A stretch of 64,000 bases of DNA from an uncultured bacterium (GTDB lineage Bacteria; Krumholzibacteriota; Krumholzibacteriia; JACNKJ01): NCBI GenBank assembly GCA_963695095.1, contig CAVOFT010000001.1:2752001-2816000 (forward strand), read 5' to 3'. A program made the translations under genes and the position numbers. Under the pieces are notes generated by a model, which saw only the letters and a list, made by a program, of their open reading frames with translations, made no database searches and was not told the origin of the DNA. Positions 59,127-64,000 of the stretch are shown in pieces (the first letter of the stretch is position 1; every line of letters starts with the position of its first letter).

Positions 59127-60170
59127 CTAGGCCATCACCTCGGCGAGGATGGCGAGCGCCCGCTCGATGTCGGCCATCGTCAGGCCGAAGTGCGTGACCA
59201 TGCGCAGGCGGCGACCCTGCTCGCCGAGGAAGTTGAGGCCCCGCTGCCGGCAGCGGATGACCAGCTCGTCGGCCTTGAGGCCCGGCTTGGTGATATCCAG
59301 GTAGACGATGTTCGTGCGCACGCGGGCGGGCTCGGTGGTCAGCCCCGCGATGGCCGCGATGCCCGCGGCCAGGCGCTTGGCCATGGCGTGGTCATCGGCC
59401 AGGCGCTCCACGCGGTGATCGAGGGCGTAGAGGCCGGCCGCGGCGAGCACGCCCACCTGGCGCATGCCGCCGCCCAGCTGCTTGCGCATGCGGTGGCAGC
59501 GCTTGATGAAGGCCTTGTCGCCGCAGACCATGGAGCCCACGGGCGCGCCGAGGCCCTTGGACAGGCAGAAGCTGACCGAGTCGGCGGCGGCGGCGAGGTC
59601 GCGCACGCTGACCCCTTCCGCGAGGGCGGCATTGAAGAGCCGGGCCCCGTCCAGGTGCAGCTTCAGATCGCGCTTCTCGCAGAGGGCGCCCACGGCGTCC
59701 AGGTAGCCCAGGCCGAGCGGGCTGCCCCAGCAACGGTTGTGCGTGTTCTCCAGGCAGACCAGGCGCGTGCGCGGGAAGTGGACGTCGTCGCCGCGGATGG
59801 CGCCCTCGATGCGCTCCAGGTCGAGGGTGCCGTCGGGGTTGTTGGGCACCGTGCGCGGGTGGAGGCCCCCGACCGCCGAGCTGGAGCCGGCCTCGTAGTA
59901 GAAGATGTGCGCCTGGTCGCCCACGATGAACTCGTCGCCCCGCTGGCAGTGGGCGAGCAGGCTGACCAGGTTGGCCATCGAGCCGCTGGGGACGAAGAGG
60001 GCCGCCTCCTTGCCGGTCAGGGCCGCGGCGCGGCGCTCGAGCTTGTCGACCGTGGGATCCTCGCCCCAGACGTCGTCGCCGAGCTCGGCCCTGGCCATGG
60101 CCTCGCGCATGGGTTGATCCGGCAGGGTGAAGGTGTCGCTGCGCAGTTCGATCGTGCCCACGGCTGTCAT
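59127..60170 (-). CDS. ltaE: Low-specificity L-threonine aldolase
   Basis: ELRSDTFT, GDDVWGEDPTV, ENTHN, HLDGARLFNA, CLSKGLGAPVGS, GGGMRQVG. Confidence 0.95.
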   Translation of the reverse strand: MTAVGTIELRSDTFTLPDQPMREAMARAELGDDVWGEDPTVDKLERRAAALTGKEAALFVPSGSMANLVSLLAHCQRGDEFIVGDQAHIFYYEAGSSSAVGGLHPRTVPNNPDGTLDLERIEGAIRGDDVHFPRTRLVCLENTHNRCWGSPLGLGYLDAVGALCEKRDLKLHLDGARLFNAALAEGVSVRDLAAAADSVSFCLSKGLGAPVGSMVCGDKAFIKRCHRMRKQLGGGMRQVGVLAAAGLYALDHRVERLADDHAMAKRLAAGIAAIAGLTTEPARVRTNIVYLDITKPGLKADELVIRCRQRGLNFLGEQGRRLRMVTHFGLTMADIERALAILAEVMA

Positions 60171-60313
60171 TGGGAACCTCCCGCCAGGTGTGGCCGGGCA
60201 GTGTAGACCGCCGGCCGCCGAAAGGAAAGGGCCTGACGCGGCCGCGCGGGCTGCGCTAGACTGGGCCCCAGCCGGCTGCAGCCGGCCGCCAATCCCGCCA
60301 CGGAGGAGCGCCC

Positions 60314-62098
60314 ATGGCCATCGCCCCCCTGTTTGCACTCGCCGCCGCCCTGTGGTCGGGCGGCGACCTCGCGCCGGACAGCCTGCCCGCCGCCCGCGCC
60401 CTGCCCGCGGCCGGTCGCCCCGCCCTGACGGCCGCCCGCGCCATGGTGGCCAGCGCGCATCCCCTGGCCAGCGAGGCGGGCGCGCGCATGCTGGCCGCGG
60501 GCGGCAACGCGGCCGACGCGGCCGTCGCCGTGCAGGCCATGCTCGCCGTGGTCGAGCCCGAGAGCAGCGGGCCGGGCGGCGGCTGCTTCATTCTGCTCCA
60601 CGACATGGCCACGGACAGCCTCTACGCCATCGACGGGCGCGAGGAGAGCCCCGAGTGGGTCTGGCCGCAGATGTTCCTCGATCAATGGGGCGAGCCCTAC
60701 CCCGACGCCATGACCGGCGGCCGGCCGGTGGGCGTGCCGGGCACCCTGGCGGCGATGAGCCTGCTGCACGCGGACTTCGGGCGCCTGCCCCTGGCCGCGC
60801 TGCTCGCGCCGGCCATCGCCGTGGCCGAGACGGGCTTCGCCGTGCCGCCCGACATGGCGCGCGCGATTCGCAGCGAGGCGCCGCGCCTGGCCTTCTCGGA
60901 GGCTGCGGTGGATCTCTACTTCACCGCCGATCGCCGGCCCTACCGCGAGGGCGAGCGCTTTCGCAACCCCGACCTCGCGCGCACGCTGCGGGCCTGGGCG
61001 GCGGACTCCACGGCCGGCTTCTTCTACCGCGGCCAGCTGGCCGAGCTGATGGCGGGCGTCGTCGGCCACAGCGCCGCCCGGCCCGGGCGCCTGCAGCCCG
61101 GCGACCTCGCCAACTACCGGGCGGTCTACCGGCAGCCGATCCGCGGCAGCTTCCGCGGGACGCGGCTCGCGGTCTTCCCGCCGCCCACCTCGGGCGGCAT
61201 CACCCTGCTCGAGATCCTGGGGCTCTACGCCACGCAGCCGCGCCTGACGGGCGACCTGCGCGAGCCCAGCGTGCTGATCCCCCACCTGGACCGCCTCGCC
61301 CGCGCCTCGCGCGTGGCCTATGCCGACCGCGACGCCTGGCTGGGGGACCCCGACTGGAGTCCGCAGCTCCCCATGGCGAGACTCTGCAGCGCCGGCTGGA
61401 TGGCCGCGCGGGCCCCGATCGCCTTCGATCCGGCGGCGGATCTCGCCCTGCCGGCGGCGCCCGGCGAGCTGGAGTCGCACACCACCCACTTCTCGATCGT
61501 GGATGCCGCCGGCAGCATGCTCGCCTGCACGAGCACCATCGAGACCACCTTCGGCAGTGCCATGGTCGTGCCCGGCTGGGGCTTTCCGCTGAACAACGAG
61601 CTGACGGACTTCAACTGGGTGCCGGCGCCGGGCGACACGGCCGCGCCCAACGACATCGAGCCCAGCCGCAAGCCGCGGGCCGGCGCCCTCGATCAGCCCG
61701 CGGGCCGCGGCGGCAAGCGGCCGCGCAGCAGCATGTGCCCGGTGATCGTCTACGGAGCGGACGGCCGGCCGGCGATGGCCCTGGGCTCGCCGGGCGGGGC
61801 GAGGATCATCGGCACCGTGGCGAACGTGCTGCTCGGCGTGCTGGAGTTCGGCCTGCCGCTGCAGGAGGCGGTGGACTTCCCGCGCCTGCACTGCCGCAAC
61901 CGGCCGGTCGAGATCGAGACCTTCGGCTGGAACGCGCAGGCCGTAGGTGATTCCATGGCCGCGCGCGGCTGGCCGCTGGCGCCGCTGGCCGAATGGCCGC
62001 TCTTGCAGGGTGACCTGCACGCCGTGCGCGTGCTGCCCGACGGCCGCCGCGAGGGCGCCTGCGATCCGCGGCATGACGGCGGGGCGGCGGGATACTAG
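60314..62098 (+). CDS. ggt: Gamma-glutamyltransferase
   Basis: GGNAADAAVA, VEPESSGPGGG, IDGRE, VGVPG, PPPTSGG, nucleophile HTTHFSIVD, LNNELTDF, KRPRSSM, GSPGG. Confidence 0.94.
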   Translation: MAIAPLFALAAALWSGGDLAPDSLPAARALPAAGRPALTAARAMVASAHPLASEAGARMLAAGGNAADAAVAVQAMLAVVEPESSGPGGGCFILLHDMATDSLYAIDGREESPEWVWPQMFLDQWGEPYPDAMTGGRPVGVPGTLAAMSLLHADFGRLPLAALLAPAIAVAETGFAVPPDMARAIRSEAPRLAFSEAAVDLYFTADRRPYREGERFRNPDLARTLRAWAADSTAGFFYRGQLAELMAGVVGHSAARPGRLQPGDLANYRAVYRQPIRGSFRGTRLAVFPPPTSGGITLLEILGLYATQPRLTGDLREPSVLIPHLDRLARASRVAYADRDAWLGDPDWSPQLPMARLCSAGWMAARAPIAFDPAADLALPAAPGELESHTTHFSIVDAAGSMLACTSTIETTFGSAMVVPGWGFPLNNELTDFNWVPAPGDTAAPNDIEPSRKPRAGALDQPAGRGGKRPRSSMCPVIVYGADGRPAMALGSPGGARIIGTVANVLLGVLEFGLPLQEAVDFPRLHCRNRPVEIETFGWNAQAVGDSMAARGWPLAPLAEWPLLQGDLHAVRVLPDGRREGACDPRHDGGAAGY

Positions 62099-63823
62099 GC
62101 TCTGGGAGCCCCAACCTCGAGCGCGACGCGCGCAAATGCCTCCACATCCACCAGCCCCTGGTCCGTGAGCTTGAGCTTGGGGATCACCGGCAGGGCCATG
62201 AAGCTCAGCGTCATGAAGGGTTCGGGGAACGTGCAACCTAGCCCCCGCGCAGCGGCGGCGAGGCGCTCGAGGCCGGCGGCGGTCTCCGCGATGGGCGCGT
62301 CGCTCATGAGGCCGGCCACCGGCAAGGGCAGCGCGGCGATCACGCCGTCCTCGTCCGCCACCAGCTTGCCGCCGCCCAGCTCGCGCATGGCGGCAAGCGC
62401 AACTTCCATGGCCTTGTCGCTGGCGCCCAGGATGATCAGGTTGTGCGAGTCGTGGGCCACGGTGCTGGCGAGCGCGCCGCGCGCGAGGCCGAAACCCTGA
62501 TGAACCCCAGCCCGACGTTTCCCGTGCCGCGATGGCGCTCCACCACGGCCAGCTTGAGCAGGTCGCGCGCGGGGTCGGCCACCAGGAAGCCGCCGTCGCG
62601 GCGCGGCTCCTCGATGGCCTCGCCGGTGAGAAGCTGGTCGCCCTCGGCCACGATCACGCGAACGCTGCGCGGCCCCGCGGTCGGGAATCGCGAAGGGATG
62701 CCCGGCGAGCGCGCCCAGATTCATGCCGCCCGCTGGCGGCGGCGGCCCGGCAGCGGGCTCCTCGAGCAGCGCGCCGTCTTCGACCACCAGGCGCCCGCCG
62801 TGGAAGACCTGCCGCACCTTGAAGCCGACTAGATCTTCAAGCACAACAAAGTCCGCCCGCCGGCCGGGCGCGATGGCCCCCCGGTCGGCGAGGCCGAAGT
62901 GCTCGGCGGCATTGAGCGTGGCCATCTGGAGGGCCGTCATGGCGTCGAGGCCCTCGGCCACGCAGCGGCGCAGCAAGTGATCCACGTGACCTTCGTGCAG
63001 CAGGTCCGCCGGCGTGCGGTCATCGCTGCAGAGCAGCCACTGGCGCGCATTGGCCGGCGTCACGCCGCGGACCAGCGCGGCGAGATTGCGCGCGCTCGAG
63101 CCTTCGCGGATCATCACGCGCATGCCGAGGGCGAGCTTGGCTTCCGCTTCCTCGCGCGTGGTGCACTCGTGGTCGGTCTGGATGCCGGCGGCGGCATAGG
63201 CCGCCAGATCGCGGCCGGCGAGTCCGGGCGCGTGGCCATCGATGGGCCGCGCGCCAGCGGCAGCGAGCTTGGCCAGCACCGCGGGGTCGCGGTGGATGAC
63301 ACCGGGGAAGTTCATCATCTCGGCCAGACCCAAGCACACCGGGTTCGGCGAGCAGGGCGGCAATGTCCTCGGGGCTGAGCGCGGCGCCCGCGGTCTCCAG
63401 ATGGGTGGCAGGCACGCAGCTGGGCGCCATGATCTCGATGGAAAGCGGCAGCCCGCGCGCGGCCTCCAGCATCCAGCGCACGCCGGCCGCGCCATGCACG
63501 TTGGCGATCTCGTGCGGGTCGGCCACCACCGTGCCGGTCCCCCGCGGCACCACCGCGCGCGCGAACTGGCGTGGCGTGGCCATGCTGCTCTCGATGTGGA
63601 TGTGCGCGTCGATGAAGGCCGGCGCGAGGTAGGCCCCGTGCAGGTCGATCGTGCTGCGTCCGGCGTAGCCACTCCCCAGCGCGGCGACTTCACCGCCCAC
63701 CACCGCCACCTCGCACTCCATTATAGTGCCTGTGTGCACGCTCACCACGCGCCCGCCCCTGAGGACGAGATCCGCCGGCTCGTCACCGCGGGCAACTGCA
63801 ATGCGCCGAGCGAGTTGCTCCAT
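62095..63823 (-). CDS. ade: Adenine deaminase; three apparent frameshifts
   Basis: IDAHIHIESS, DPHEIANV, PSCVPAT, LAEMMNFPGV, DGHAPG, DHEC, IREGS, SDD, VAHDSHN, LPVIP. Shifts near 63332, 62670 and 62497. Confidence 0.92.
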
Positions 63824-63919
63824 GCTTTCCCCTTCCAAAACGGGACGCGCCTGGCTAGAATTCGGCCGACGCGGCGCCGTCAGGCTACTCCTCCCCAGCC
63901 CCGAGGTCAAAGGCCAGGC

Positions 63920-64000
63920 ATGAATTCCACCCAGCACCAGCTCGAACTCGAGGCGCGCATCCCCGAGATCGTGGGCGCCACCCACCCCGTGCCCCTGCTC
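63920..64000 (+). CDS. Partial CDS running off the window end (MNSTQHQLELEARIPEIVGATHPVPLL...)
   Basis: ATG divergent from ade, open to the end of the window. IVG..VPLL resembles the N-terminus of some class V aminotransferases, but it is too short to call. Confidence 0.45.
   Translation, partial: MNSTQHQLELEARIPEIVGATHPVPLL

Overview
High-GC bacterial chromosomal window of about 55 genes, mostly housekeeping and metabolic. No rRNA, tRNA, CRISPR array, transposase or integrase was seen. In order: a sucrose module (sugar ABC transporter, PfkB kinase, sucrose synthase divergent from a fused sucrose-phosphate synthase/phosphatase), leuS, mutY, moaB, then a minus-strand run of copA, an unannotated CxxU SelW/Rdx selenoprotein, a PP2C phosphatase, an Rrf2 regulator and a candidate structured ncRNA. 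After that come an orphan ParA, a VOR-type 2-oxoacid:ferredoxin oxidoreductase operon with an EMO/FadF-like membrane Fe-S protein, a two-component system facing a PDZ protein, an OmpA lipoprotein and an M16 peptidase. The last third holds a polysaccharide locus, a CLC transporter, lrp-hom-asd-aspartokinase, a 19-aa Lys-rich micro-ORF with its own promoter and terminator, glnA, split class I fumarase, a cysteine synthase-family enzyme, a large Ig-like lipoprotein, ltaE, ggt and ade. Two secreted proteins share a C-terminal S-W-x-x-[IV]-K-x-L-[YW] motif. This suggests a candidate sorting signal and, by inference, a Krumholzibacteriota/Latescibacterota-like host. About 14 single-base frameshifts in 7 otherwise intact genes most likely reflect long-read consensus errors. 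The best leads are the selenoprotein-phosphatase-Rrf2-ncRNA cluster, the C-terminal motif, the Lys-rich micropeptide and the divergent sucrose synthase.
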